Virus record (IMG/VR): IMGVR_UViG_3300031758_000043
Span: 1 to 64,000 of that record
DNA: 64,000 bases
Source of the DNA: an uncultured virus (IMG/VR IMGVR_UViG_3300031758_000043)
Lineage: Duplodnaviria > Heunggongvirae > Uroviricota > Caudoviricetes
Reading direction: 5' to 3' (one strand)
This document shows positions 50,989 to 60,328 of the stretch, one piece after another. A program made the translations under genes and the position numbers. How positions within the stretch are numbered: position 1 is the stretch's first letter; each line of letters starts with the position of its first letter. Under the pieces are notes generated by a model, which made no database searches, was not told where the DNA came from, and worked only from the letters and a program-made list of their open reading frames with translations.

Positions 50989-51515
50989 CAATCATCTTGA
51001 TCTTATTAGTAGTAGCATTCGAGTCTTTCTCTCAAGTTCAATATGTAGAATCTTCAAAGTTAGATTCCCTAGTTTGGCATCGAATCAACTCTTACCTAGT
51101 CTCACTGGGCAAGACTCCAATCAAACACTTTGAGGACAGTCTCTCTCGAGAATACAGTTATGAAGTCACTAGAGTAAATGCTGACGCTGAGATGATCGCC
51201 CACAGCAAGAACGTAGGATTGGTGACCACTGCTGAGTGCATCTATCAAGAGACTCACCGAGGCATGAATAGCGAGTTACAAGTGATGATTGATAAAAAAG
51301 AATATGATAAGATAGCAAAGCTTATCGTTGACTCTTGGATCGCTTCTGAGACCCATCGAAACCTGATCTCAATAAACAATTATGCTGCGACTACTGTGAC
51401 TACTGTCCTGAAATACGATAAGACCGGAAAGATCGCATCAGTCACCGCATCATGGCACGCAATCGACGATCCTAAGATCTGGACCACACGCAGCGGATAT
51501 GTTTTTCGACCATAA
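50976..51515 (+). CDS. Secreted CAP/SCP-like domain protein (cassette 2)
   Basis: Signal peptide MKKLAIILILLVVAFESFS|Q; IAHS, AECI and VDSWIASETHRNLI resemble CAP motifs. Confidence 0.7.
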   Translation: MKKLAIILILLVVAFESFSQVQYVESSKLDSLVWHRINSYLVSLGKTPIKHFEDSLSREYSYEVTRVNADAEMIAHSKNVGLVTTAECIYQETHRGMNSELQVMIDKKEYDKIAKLIVDSWIASETHRNLISINNYAATTVTTVLKYDKTGKIASVTASWHAIDDPKIWTTRSGYVFRP

Positions 51516-51516
51516 C

Positions 51517-51545
51517 AAAAAAGGAGAGCAATTGCTCTCCTTTTT
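51517..51545. terminator. Bidirectional terminator
   Basis: AAAAAAGGAGAGC-AATT-GCTCTCCTTTTT. Confidence 0.9.
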
Positions 51546-51564
51546 CTATTTTAATAAGTAAGTA

Positions 51565-52896
51565 TTATTTCTTACCTACTGGCCTCTTTGCGCTAAAGTA
51601 ATAAACTAGACATTCCATTGCTTCTTTACCTCCTCTAGTAGAACCTGCAGTAGCAGTACTTCCAACTTTAGTTCCAACCTTTTCGATCTTAGGTTTTTGC
51701 TCGTTTGTTGCCAAGTTCAAGTCAACGAATCGACCGTTATTGTTAGGTCCTCCGGTAGATGCGATCTTCCACGTGATGGTGTAATCTTGGAAACCTGCAT
51801 GACCTTGACCTGCCAATTGAGTGTTTAGCTCAGTCATGAAAGAGACTCCTCTGTCGTATGCTAATTTCTTGTTTTTAGCAGAGTCAGTTGTTCCTACTCC
51901 AGGATCAGTTGTTCCAGTAGTTACATCGTAACTCTTTTCCCAACCCGTAACGTTTTTGATCGCGCCGTATTCTGGGCTTGCTGAAGATATCAAATTAAAT
52001 CCTGTAACAGTCTGGCCTTTAAACTTCTCAAGAATAGTCTTAGCAAGTTCTGCTACTTGCGTCTTACCTGCAGCAGTTAGGATAGATGATCCTACTTCAA
52101 ATCCTACGTCTGCTTGAGTCTTATCTGCACTCACTCCTGCTGTAACTTTAGTCACATCAGTCTCAGTTCTAGTTGTAGTTGATCCTGAAGTGAGCTGAGG
52201 AATAAAGAAGATCACAGGATCATCGACTCCTCCTGCTCCTGGAGTCAAGCTAATATCGAAAAATCCATCTGTGAAGTTATCTTCCTTCCCATTATACTGA
52301 CCTGTGCTTGATCCAAATGCCTTTGATTTTATGTTATATGAATTCATCGCTCTGATTGCATGTTCATATGACATGAATGCGTCATCGCCAACATTTCTTG
52401 CACTAATTACGCTGCCGCCAAAATACCAATCGCCTTTAGATGCGACATAACCTTCGTCTGGAGTAAATTTTACAGTATATCCAGCATCAGTGAATGATAT
52501 TGAATTTGGGTCAAGCATTTCAAATTCTTTTTCAGTAAACTGACCGGTAGCCGCTGTTAATAGCGTGGTTAGCAGAGTTGCTCCTACTTTTTCTATACTG
52601 CCGGCTTCAAGATTACCTCCATATTCTGTTACTGTTGATCCGCCGAGCAAACCAGAATGGCCTCCATTTTGATTAGAGATGCTCTTTAGTGAATTTGCAA
52701 TTTTAACAATATTTTGATTCTTATCATTAGCTGCAATAAATCCTCTTGCAAAGCCCCCATCAAAGATGATGTCCCTTAGATCAAGTTTATTAGCAATAGT
52801 AAGCTCTTGCTTAGGTAGCATCGGGTCGTTCTTTCCCTCAAAGATGGCAGCTTCATGTACAGCTCTCCACTTCTTGTAATTTAAAATGTATCCCAT
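51565..52896 (-). CDS. Putative capsid-packaged protein with C-terminal OmpA-like domain
   Basis: N-terminus MGYILNYKKWRAVHEA; VGFEVGSSIL, ISSASPE, NKKLAYDRG and GRFVDL match the OmpA_C-like layout. Confidence 0.7.
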   Translation of the reverse strand: MGYILNYKKWRAVHEAAIFEGKNDPMLPKQELTIANKLDLRDIIFDGGFARGFIAANDKNQNIVKIANSLKSISNQNGGHSGLLGGSTVTEYGGNLEAGSIEKVGATLLTTLLTAATGQFTEKEFEMLDPNSISFTDAGYTVKFTPDEGYVASKGDWYFGGSVISARNVGDDAFMSYEHAIRAMNSYNIKSKAFGSSTGQYNGKEDNFTDGFFDISLTPGAGGVDDPVIFFIPQLTSGSTTTRTETDVTKVTAGVSADKTQADVGFEVGSSILTAAGKTQVAELAKTILEKFKGQTVTGFNLISSASPEYGAIKNVTGWEKSYDVTTGTTDPGVGTTDSAKNKKLAYDRGVSFMTELNTQLAGQGHAGFQDYTITWKIASTGGPNNNGRFVDLNLATNEQKPKIEKVGTKVGSTATAGSTRGGKEAMECLVYYFSAKRPVGKK

Positions 52897-52960
52897 TTTT
52901 TAGTTAGTTTTTAGTTATTTATTCTTTAAAGCGGTCAAATTTTTTAGTATTTTATCTAAT

Positions 52961-53755
52961 ATGCCAGAATTAGCAGAGATAAAGATAATGGCGGACTACA
53001 TCAATAAAGTCTGTCAGGAGAAGGATTTTACGAGCATCTCTTTCTCGGAGAGCGCACAGAGTAGAAAGTTAGGAATCACTCAACCCACTGACCTACAGAT
53101 ATTTAGGATTTCAGCTGAGTCTAGGGGCAAGGAGCTCATGCTCAGTCTCATTCAAGGAGGCGAAGTCTTTATGAAGATCTCCTTCTCAATGGGAATGTCG
53201 GGTCACTGGAGAGAGGTTCCTCCAGGATTTGAGCCTCCTAAGCACACGCATCTCCTATTTAATTACATAGGATTCGGATCCTTGTGCCTAGTTGACGTAC
53301 GTCGATTCGCCAGATGGAAAGTAGTTGAAGACTGGTCCCAAAACCGTGGGCCCTGTCCAGTACACGATTTTACTGAGTTCAAGCACAACATCCTAGGAAA
53401 CTTAGAGAAGCGAGAGTTTAATAAACCAATCCATCTTGTGCTCATGAATCAAAAGTATTTTAATGGAATAGGAAACTATCTCCGAGCCGAGATCCTCTTT
53501 CACGCCGATCAGGACCCTTTCATGGACGCTCGTACCGCTCTCTCAACAAATCCCGCAATCATTGAGCTTTGCGAAAGGCTTCCTAAAGAAGCATACGTTC
53601 TTGGAGGAGGTCAGCTAAAGGACTGGGAAAACCCATTTGAGGCCCCAGCTGGAGGATTTAATGAGTGGATGCAATGCTACGGTCGATCCAACCATATTGT
53701 GGACAAGAACGGTCGAACCTTATGGTATCATGATTCCCAAGTCAAAACCAGTTAG
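52961..53755 (+). CDS. Fpg/Nei family DNA glycosylase/AP lyase, NEIL1-like
   Basis: N-terminal PE, RGKEL, GMSG, VDVRRFARW, H2TH NQKYFNGIGNYLRAEIL and zincless-finger-like DKNGRTLWY. Confidence 0.9.
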   Translation: MPELAEIKIMADYINKVCQEKDFTSISFSESAQSRKLGITQPTDLQIFRISAESRGKELMLSLIQGGEVFMKISFSMGMSGHWREVPPGFEPPKHTHLLFNYIGFGSLCLVDVRRFARWKVVEDWSQNRGPCPVHDFTEFKHNILGNLEKREFNKPIHLVLMNQKYFNGIGNYLRAEILFHADQDPFMDARTALSTNPAIIELCERLPKEAYVLGGGQLKDWENPFEAPAGGFNEWMQCYGRSNHIVDKNGRTLWYHDSQVKTS

Positions 53756-53792
53756 GATTCTAGAGTTCTATACTATGTCTTAAACTTTTACC

Positions 53793-53966
53793 ATGATTAA
53801 ACGATTGATTAGGAAGAGATTGACTCGAAGAGAAAAGATCATCACACAAGTATGTTGTATTCAGATCTTAGATGCAATGAAAAAGAGGGAAGCTGAGCTT
53901 AGTGATATCGAAAGAGAAGTCCTTCCTGAGATAGAGATGATAATCAAAAAACTCGAAGTAAAATAA
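53793..53966 (+). CDS. Small hypothetical protein (57 aa)
   Basis: Read manually: MIKRLIRKRLTRREKII...; its stop overlaps the helicase start (TAATG). Confidence 0.55.
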   Translation: MIKRLIRKRLTRREKIITQVCCIQILDAMKKREAELSDIEREVLPEIEMIIKKLEVK

Positions 53967-55561
53967 TGAGTGAAATCACACTGGGCTTTGAGCCTCGCCC
54001 ACAACAGGTTCAGATCCTGGACTTTGTGAAAGAATCCATCAAGGATAAGAAAAAATTCATCATGATTGACGCTCCCACTGGAGTAGGCAAGTCATATGCG
54101 GCCATCATGATCGCGGACTGGTACCGAAAGGAAATCACCAAAAAGGCCAAGGTAGACATAGTCACAAATACTAAGATCTTACAGGATCAGTATATTAAAG
54201 ACTTTGAGTTTGCTGCAAACCTAAAGGGTAAGAACAATTATTGGTGTCGTCGTCAGGGTATGGGCTGCGGAGATGCACAGATCATAAATAAAGCAAACGA
54301 GAACAAGTGCGAGCCCTGTCCACACAGGATGGCCCAGTCCAAGTTTCTACGCAGCCCCTTGAGTCTCACTAACTTTCACCTCATCACTACCTACTCGATG
54401 TACTCGCCTGAGATGATGATCCAACGCAAGTCTAGGTTACTCATAATCGACGAGGCACACGCCTTTGAGGAGACCTATTGTGACTTCATCTCTTCAGTCT
54501 ATTCTGAACGTAGCATCAGGTTACTAGACGTCTGGAGAGACTGGATGGAAAAGGACTTAGATGGAATCACCTCTCTCAACGAGCTTTCAGAGTGGACTAG
54601 AACAGTCCTGGTTCCATTACTCGCACAGAAGGCTGAAGAGTTACTAAGCGAGGCTAAGGAAACTCGAATAAAGAAGAAAAAGATAGACTTGATCAAGAAA
54701 GCCGACCATGTCGACAAGTCGATGTGTAAGTATAACAGGTTCGTCAATGATAAGGAAAACTACAAGACTAACTGGACTTTTGAAAAGGACTTAGATCAGC
54801 ATGGCAAGACTAGAATCTTAGTCGAACCTATCTGGGGAAACATCTACCTAAAGGACATGTTTTGGAACCAGTACGATCATGTGATATTCATGTCAGGTAC
54901 GCTACTTGATAGGGAACTTATCTCATTCATCATGGGAGTCAATGAAGAAGAATCATCTTACATGGCTCTTCCATGTCCGTTCAAGGCTGAGAAGAGACCT
55001 GTGATCTACTTAAAATTCGGCAAGATGTCCTATTACCATAAGAAAGAGACCTTTGCTAGAGCAGTGCCGGTGATCTCTAGGATACTTGAGAAAAACCATG
55101 AGGTAAAGGGAATCATCCACACTGCAAACTACGAGTTTAGTAACTGGATCAAGGCCTCAATCAAGGACAAACGACTCATATTTCACGACTCGGCCACTAG
55201 AGAGAAGTCATTAGAGAATCACCTTACTTCCAAGTTAGAGACTGTCCTAGTCTCTCCGTCAATGATAAATGGAGTCGACTTGAAGGATGAACTCTCCCGT
55301 TTTCAGGTGATCCTAAAGGTTCCCTTTCCTAACCTAGTGAGCACCAAGATCAAGAAGAGGCTTGAATCCAAGCCAGAATGGTACAATTGGAAGACTCTAG
55401 TCGACCTCTTACAGGCATATGGTAGATCAATTAGAAACGACGAGGACTGGGCAGAAACGTTCATCTTAGACGAATGCTTCGATCAGGTGTTAAATAATAA
55501 AACGGTGCCCAAATATTTTTTAGAGGCACTAAAAATTAAAAAGCTAGGAAACAAGGCATGA
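53966..55561 (+). CDS. DinG/Rad3(XPD)-like SF2 helicase with Fe-S cluster cysteines
   Basis: PRPQQ, APTGVGKS, KGKNNYWC plus Cys cluster, IIDEAH, MSGTL and QAYGRSIR. Confidence 0.88.
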   Translation: MSEITLGFEPRPQQVQILDFVKESIKDKKKFIMIDAPTGVGKSYAAIMIADWYRKEITKKAKVDIVTNTKILQDQYIKDFEFAANLKGKNNYWCRRQGMGCGDAQIINKANENKCEPCPHRMAQSKFLRSPLSLTNFHLITTYSMYSPEMMIQRKSRLLIIDEAHAFEETYCDFISSVYSERSIRLLDVWRDWMEKDLDGITSLNELSEWTRTVLVPLLAQKAEELLSEAKETRIKKKKIDLIKKADHVDKSMCKYNRFVNDKENYKTNWTFEKDLDQHGKTRILVEPIWGNIYLKDMFWNQYDHVIFMSGTLLDRELISFIMGVNEEESSYMALPCPFKAEKRPVIYLKFGKMSYYHKKETFARAVPVISRILEKNHEVKGIIHTANYEFSNWIKASIKDKRLIFHDSATREKSLENHLTSKLETVLVSPSMINGVDLKDELSRFQVILKVPFPNLVSTKIKKRLESKPEWYNWKTLVDLLQAYGRSIRNDEDWAETFILDECFDQVLNNKTVPKYFLEALKIKKLGNKA

Positions 55562-56733
55562 AATACTTAAGAATAAGTTATCCACAGCTTAGAACAGAGG
55601 TCTTGTCTGGGCTTACTATCTCAACTGCGCTGGTTCCTGAAGCAATCTCATTTGCTCTACTCATTGGAGTGTCTCCAACTGCTGGTATATGGGCAGCCTT
55701 CTTCATGGCATTATCCACTTCCCTTTTTGGAGGCAGGCCTGCCATAATAAGCGGTGCGACTGGCGCGACTGCAGTCATACTAGCGGCCCTTGTTTCTCTT
55801 CATGGAGAAGATAATCTATACCTTGCTGTGATTTTAGCTGGAGTGATCCAGTTAATCTTGTGGATTAGCGGAGGTTGGAAAGTATTCAAGACGGTTCCTA
55901 AGATCGTAATTTCCGGATTCCTAATTTCACTATCGATACTAATACTTCAAAGTCAATTCAAGTATTTTAAGATAGGTGGACTTTCGAGTATCCAACAGGT
56001 AATAATGGTAGGGATAGTTGTAGTATCAGCCGGCTCAATGTATGTTTCCAGTAAAAGATTCAAATTTCCTCCAGCAATCGCCGCAATATTGATGGGATCA
56101 GTTCTTAGTTCTTTCTTTGCTCTTCCTCTAATACAGGATCTTTCTGCTATATCAAATCGTTTACCTGAATTAGTCACTCCATCAGTTTCATTAGAGTCTT
56201 TATTACTAGTCTTGCCGTATTCATTAGGTATGGCAATTTCCGGTCTTACTGAATCTCTAATCGCAGTAGATGAAGTCTGTCATAAACTAGGAACCCCAAA
56301 GGGAAAAGATCCAAAGTCTAAAGAAACCTTTGCTCAAGGCATAGGTAATATAGTGAGCGGCTTTTTTACTTCAATTGGAGGCTGTGTCCTCGTAGGTCAG
56401 ACTAATTTAAACGTCGCAGCTGGCGCAAAATATCGAGTATCATCCCTAATTGCGAGCCTAGGTCTCTTATTGATCATACTCATTTTTGGAAAGTATATTC
56501 AGCTAATTCCTTTAGCTGGACTCATAGGAGTAATGATAATTGTAGTCTATGAAACTGGCGATTGGTCAAAACTTAAGGATAAAAATAGAGTAAATATAGC
56601 AACTCTTATCGTGACGATAGCCGCTTCGCTAATCACTCACAATCTTGCGGTAGGAGTCTTGTTTGGAAGTATCACATACTACGCAATAAAAAAGTTAGTA
56701 AAGAATAATGGCAAAGAAAAAGATCGAGGATAA
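55558..56733 (+). CDS. SulP/SLC26 family anion permease lacking a STAS domain
   Basis: ALVPEAISFALL, FGGRPAIISGATGA, QGIGNIVSGFF and GGCVLVGQT; many TM helices. Confidence 0.88.
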   Translation: MKYLRISYPQLRTEVLSGLTISTALVPEAISFALLIGVSPTAGIWAAFFMALSTSLFGGRPAIISGATGATAVILAALVSLHGEDNLYLAVILAGVIQLILWISGGWKVFKTVPKIVISGFLISLSILILQSQFKYFKIGGLSSIQQVIMVGIVVVSAGSMYVSSKRFKFPPAIAAILMGSVLSSFFALPLIQDLSAISNRLPELVTPSVSLESLLLVLPYSLGMAISGLTESLIAVDEVCHKLGTPKGKDPKSKETFAQGIGNIVSGFFTSIGGCVLVGQTNLNVAAGAKYRVSSLIASLGLLLIILIFGKYIQLIPLAGLIGVMIIVVYETGDWSKLKDKNRVNIATLIVTIAASLITHNLAVGVLFGSITYYAIKKLVKNNGKEKDRG

Positions 56734-58579
56734 GTATCAAAAGCTAACAGATACTGAACACGTTCTTCTTAGACCCTCAATGTATATCGGATCAGTTGCG
56801 ATCCACACCGGTGAGCAGCACTTATATGACGGTGAAAAGGTCTGGATAGAAGAAGTCAATTACAATCCAGGTTTCATAAAGATATTTGATGAGATCGTCT
56901 CAAACTCAGTTGACGAACACAGAAGAAATCCAAAACTAAACGAGATTAGAGTCACAATCGACCTAGATAAGGCCCATATCTCTATTTGGGACAACGGTGG
57001 AATCCCAGTTGAGAAACATAAGGTCCACAAGGAATGGATCCCAGAGATGATCTTCTCAAACCTTAAGGCAGGATCCAATTTTGATGACTCAGAGCAGCGC
57101 ACAGTCGCTGGAACCAATGGAGTAGGGTCGACTTTAACTAACATATTCAGTAAAAAGTTCACGGTTTCAACCTGTGACGGCAAGAATCGCTTCGATCAGG
57201 TCTTTACTGATAACATGGGTAAGAGGACTGTTGCCAAAGTATCCCCAGCCAAGCGAGGATTCACAGAAATCTCATTCTTTCCCGACCTAGAGCGTTTTAA
57301 GATGAGAAGGATCGACGAAAAGTCCTTTGGAATACTCTTTAAACGTTGTTTGGACCTAGTTGCATGTAACAATAAGCTTACCCTAAAGCTAACTAAGATT
57401 CTGGACGGAAAAAAGAGCGATTTTGTGCTTAAATTTAAGAGCTTTGAGGAATATATTGCTCTCTACTCGCAAGATTACTTCTTTGAGGAGACTAAAGATT
57501 GGAAAATAGGTTTTGCAAGGTCAGAAAACGGCTTTCAAAACGTAAGTTTCGTCAATTCTGTTCATACTAAGGACGGCGGAACTCACGTTGAGTACATAAC
57601 CAATCAGCTCATAGCCCAACTGAGGGAAATGATCAAGAAGAAACATAAAGTAGACGTAAAACCTAGCGATATTCGTAATCATCTCTATGTTTTTATCGAT
57701 TCTACGATAGTAAACTCATTTTTTAGCTCCCAGACCAAGGAAAAGCTCATCACTGAGGTCAAGGATTTCGGAACCAAGCATGAAGTTACTGATAAGTTAG
57801 CAAAATTAGTGTTTAAGTCCGAAATAATCCAATCTGTGCTAGACTGGGTGGAGAAAAAGGCCCTAGCTCAAGAAAGAGCTGAGCTTCGAAAGCTAAATAA
57901 GGACTTAGACAAGACAAAAATCCCAAAACTGATCGACGCACAGAAAAAAGGTGATCGTGGACCTTGTATTTTAGGAATCTACGAAGGATTAAGTGCAGTA
58001 TCAGCAGTTCGTAAGTTTAGGGACACTCAGACAATAGGTGCTTTCCCTCTAAAGGGTAAATTCATCAACGTAAGTGAGATGAAGAGCTCCGAAATCATTA
58101 AAAACGACGAAGCTGTGCAACTAATGGCCTCACTTGGACTAAAACTAGGAGAAGAGCCTAAAGGATTACGATACGGTCGCATCTATATCTATACTGATGC
58201 GGATCCAGACGGTAGCCACATCGCTGCAACCCTAATAAACTTCTTCGATCGCTTCTGGCCGGAGCTTTTTGAGCAAGGTAGGGTCTACAAGGTGATGACT
58301 CCTCTTGTAGTGGCTAAAAAGGGTAAAGATTCCCTAAACTTCTACACCAATGAGGAGTTTGACGCTTGGGAGAAGAAAACCAAGACCTCAGGTTGGGAGA
58401 TTGAGTACAAGAAGGGACTTGGAGCCCTTGAGGACGCAGAATACGAAGAAATAATAAAGAATCCTTACTTAGTACAGATAAAGAACGATAAGGATTACAA
58501 GGGATCGCTAGAATCTTGGTTTGGGAGAGATTCTCAACCTAGGAAGGAAAAGATCCTCGGAAATAACGAAGAGAGATGA
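56708..58579 (+). CDS. Type IIA topoisomerase large (ATPase+TOPRIM) subunit, gp39/gp60-like in one ORF
   Basis: EHVLLRPSMYIG, DEIVSNSVD, GTNGVG, EGLSA, PLKGK, DADPDGSHI and YKKGLG. Confidence 0.95.
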   Translation: MAKKKIEDKYQKLTDTEHVLLRPSMYIGSVAIHTGEQHLYDGEKVWIEEVNYNPGFIKIFDEIVSNSVDEHRRNPKLNEIRVTIDLDKAHISIWDNGGIPVEKHKVHKEWIPEMIFSNLKAGSNFDDSEQRTVAGTNGVGSTLTNIFSKKFTVSTCDGKNRFDQVFTDNMGKRTVAKVSPAKRGFTEISFFPDLERFKMRRIDEKSFGILFKRCLDLVACNNKLTLKLTKILDGKKSDFVLKFKSFEEYIALYSQDYFFEETKDWKIGFARSENGFQNVSFVNSVHTKDGGTHVEYITNQLIAQLREMIKKKHKVDVKPSDIRNHLYVFIDSTIVNSFFSSQTKEKLITEVKDFGTKHEVTDKLAKLVFKSEIIQSVLDWVEKKALAQERAELRKLNKDLDKTKIPKLIDAQKKGDRGPCILGIYEGLSAVSAVRKFRDTQTIGAFPLKGKFINVSEMKSSEIIKNDEAVQLMASLGLKLGEEPKGLRYGRIYIYTDADPDGSHIAATLINFFDRFWPELFEQGRVYKVMTPLVVAKKGKDSLNFYTNEEFDAWEKKTKTSGWEIEYKKGLGALEDAEYEEIIKNPYLVQIKNDKDYKGSLESWFGRDSQPRKEKILGNNEER

Positions 58580-58689
58580 AATATCATAATGAACACCAAA
58601 GAGCTCCCAAATTTATCCTTATTTGGGTCATAATCCTAGTTGGATTCTTCGCTGGAATGACAGCAATCATCTCAACCGCAATAAAATAG
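58576..58689 (+). CDS. Small single-TM protein (37 aa)
   Basis: Read manually: MKYHNEHQRAPKFILIWVIILVGFFAGMTAIISTAIK; ATGA-coupled to the topoisomerase gene. Confidence 0.55.
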   Translation: MKYHNEHQRAPKFILIWVIILVGFFAGMTAIISTAIK

Positions 58690-58695
58690 AGAAGA

Positions 58696-60069
58696 ATGGC
58701 AAAACCCATCATAAAAACAGTAACTGACTACTTAGACAACGATTATAAGGAATATGCAGTCTATGTTGTCGAAGAGAGAGCAATACCTTCAGTGATTGAC
58801 GGGTTCAAGCCCACTCAACGTAAGGTGATATTCATTGCCAATAAGGTATGGAGAAACGGGAGTGAGAAACCACTAAAGATATTTCAGTTAGCCGGTAGAG
58901 TCGCAGCAGACGCCTTTTATCACCATGGAGACGGATCCTTAAACTCTGCGATCATTGGAATGGCTCAAAGATTCAAAAACTCTATGCCTGTCCTAGAAGA
59001 TATTGGACAGTTCGGTTCTTTGCGATCGCCGGAGGCGGCCGCTCCTCGATATATCGCAACTAGATTACATAAGAACTTTAGACTTCTATACAAGGACTTT
59101 GAGCTTCTTGAATCTAGACACGAGGAGGGCAATGAGATCGAACCTAAATACTTTTTACCCATAATTCCTACTGTTCTCCTAAATGGAGGTAGCGGAATCG
59201 CAGTCGGCTTCTCAACCAACATCCTAAATAGAAACCCTTTGCACCTAATTGATGCCTGCTTAAAGTCGCTGGAAGGTAAAAAATATACTGAGCCTGCACC
59301 ATGGTATCAGGAATTTAGAGGAACATGTCAGCTATTAGATACTCCTGATGCTAAGTTCTCATGGCTATTTTCAGGCAAGTATGAGGTAAGGAACACATCC
59401 ACTGTCACGATCAGCGATCTTCCTCCTTCCGTTACCTATGAGAAGTTTGATCAATATCTAATAGATCTTGAGGATTCTCGTAGGATTGTGAGCTATGAAA
59501 ACAACTGTAAGTCGAACATAAGTTATACTATAAAGTTCAGAAGAGAGGACCTAAAAGCTCTTTCTGATTCTTCCAGGCTAAACCGATTCCTAAAGATGGA
59601 GGAGAAGCAGACTGAAAACTTCACAGTATTAGATGAGTTCGGCAAGCTTAAAGTATTTACTTCAGCCAGTGAGATCATTGAGTATTTCGTCAGCTTTAGG
59701 CTCTCTTTCTACGATAAGCGTAAGCAGTACCTAATAGACAAAGCAGAACAAGAATTATTAGTCCTTTCAAACAAGGCCAGGTTCATCAAGGATATTATTG
59801 ATGGCAAACTAAAGGTGAACAATGTTCCTCGTAAGGAGATAGTTCTGTATTTACAGACTGCTGATTTTGATGAGGTAAACGGATCGTATCAGTATCTACT
59901 TTCTCTTCCTATCTATACTCTTACTAAGGAGACGTATGAGGAATTGATCGAAGCTGAAAAGCAAAAAATTGAGGAAATCACTAGGCTAAAAGCGATGGAA
60001 CCTAAACAAATGTATAGGGAAGATTTACAAGAATTGAAAAAAGCCCTACAAAAGGAGTATAATAACTAA
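58696..60069 (+). CDS. Type IIA topoisomerase DNA-cleavage subunit (gp52-like)
   Basis: RAIPSVIDGFKPTQRK, YHHGD, AAPRY (catalytic Tyr) and LLNGGSGIAVGF. Confidence 0.95.
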   Translation: MAKPIIKTVTDYLDNDYKEYAVYVVEERAIPSVIDGFKPTQRKVIFIANKVWRNGSEKPLKIFQLAGRVAADAFYHHGDGSLNSAIIGMAQRFKNSMPVLEDIGQFGSLRSPEAAAPRYIATRLHKNFRLLYKDFELLESRHEEGNEIEPKYFLPIIPTVLLNGGSGIAVGFSTNILNRNPLHLIDACLKSLEGKKYTEPAPWYQEFRGTCQLLDTPDAKFSWLFSGKYEVRNTSTVTISDLPPSVTYEKFDQYLIDLEDSRRIVSYENNCKSNISYTIKFRREDLKALSDSSRLNRFLKMEEKQTENFTVLDEFGKLKVFTSASEIIEYFVSFRLSFYDKRKQYLIDKAEQELLVLSNKARFIKDIIDGKLKVNNVPRKEIVLYLQTADFDEVNGSYQYLLSLPIYTLTKETYEELIEAEKQKIEEITRLKAMEPKQMYREDLQELKKALQKEYNN

Positions 60070-60072
60070 AAT

Positions 60073-60312
60073 ATGGCAGAATTCTCAAAACAATACTGTG
60101 AAAGAAAGTTTCCTGAGATGCCAGGAGACTTTGATATCCTGGAAATGGCTAAGGATCTTTCTAACGGCAACTATGTTCCCATGATCTGTGAGGGTTATGG
60201 ATTCATCGCTATAGGTAAGGACGAGACTGGATCGATAGTGCTCGCATTTCCTGAAGATTCTAACCCGACTCCATCAGCGATTTGGAAACCTTATGAGGAA
60301 GTCGTAGTTTAA
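60073..60312 (+). CDS. Hypothetical protein
   Basis: 79 aa, MAEFSKQY...ICEGYG. Confidence 0.7.
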   Translation: MAEFSKQYCERKFPEMPGDFDILEMAKDLSNGNYVPMICEGYGFIAIGKDETGSIVLAFPEDSNPTPSAIWKPYEEVVV

Positions 60313-60328
60313 TAGAAAAACTTAAACG

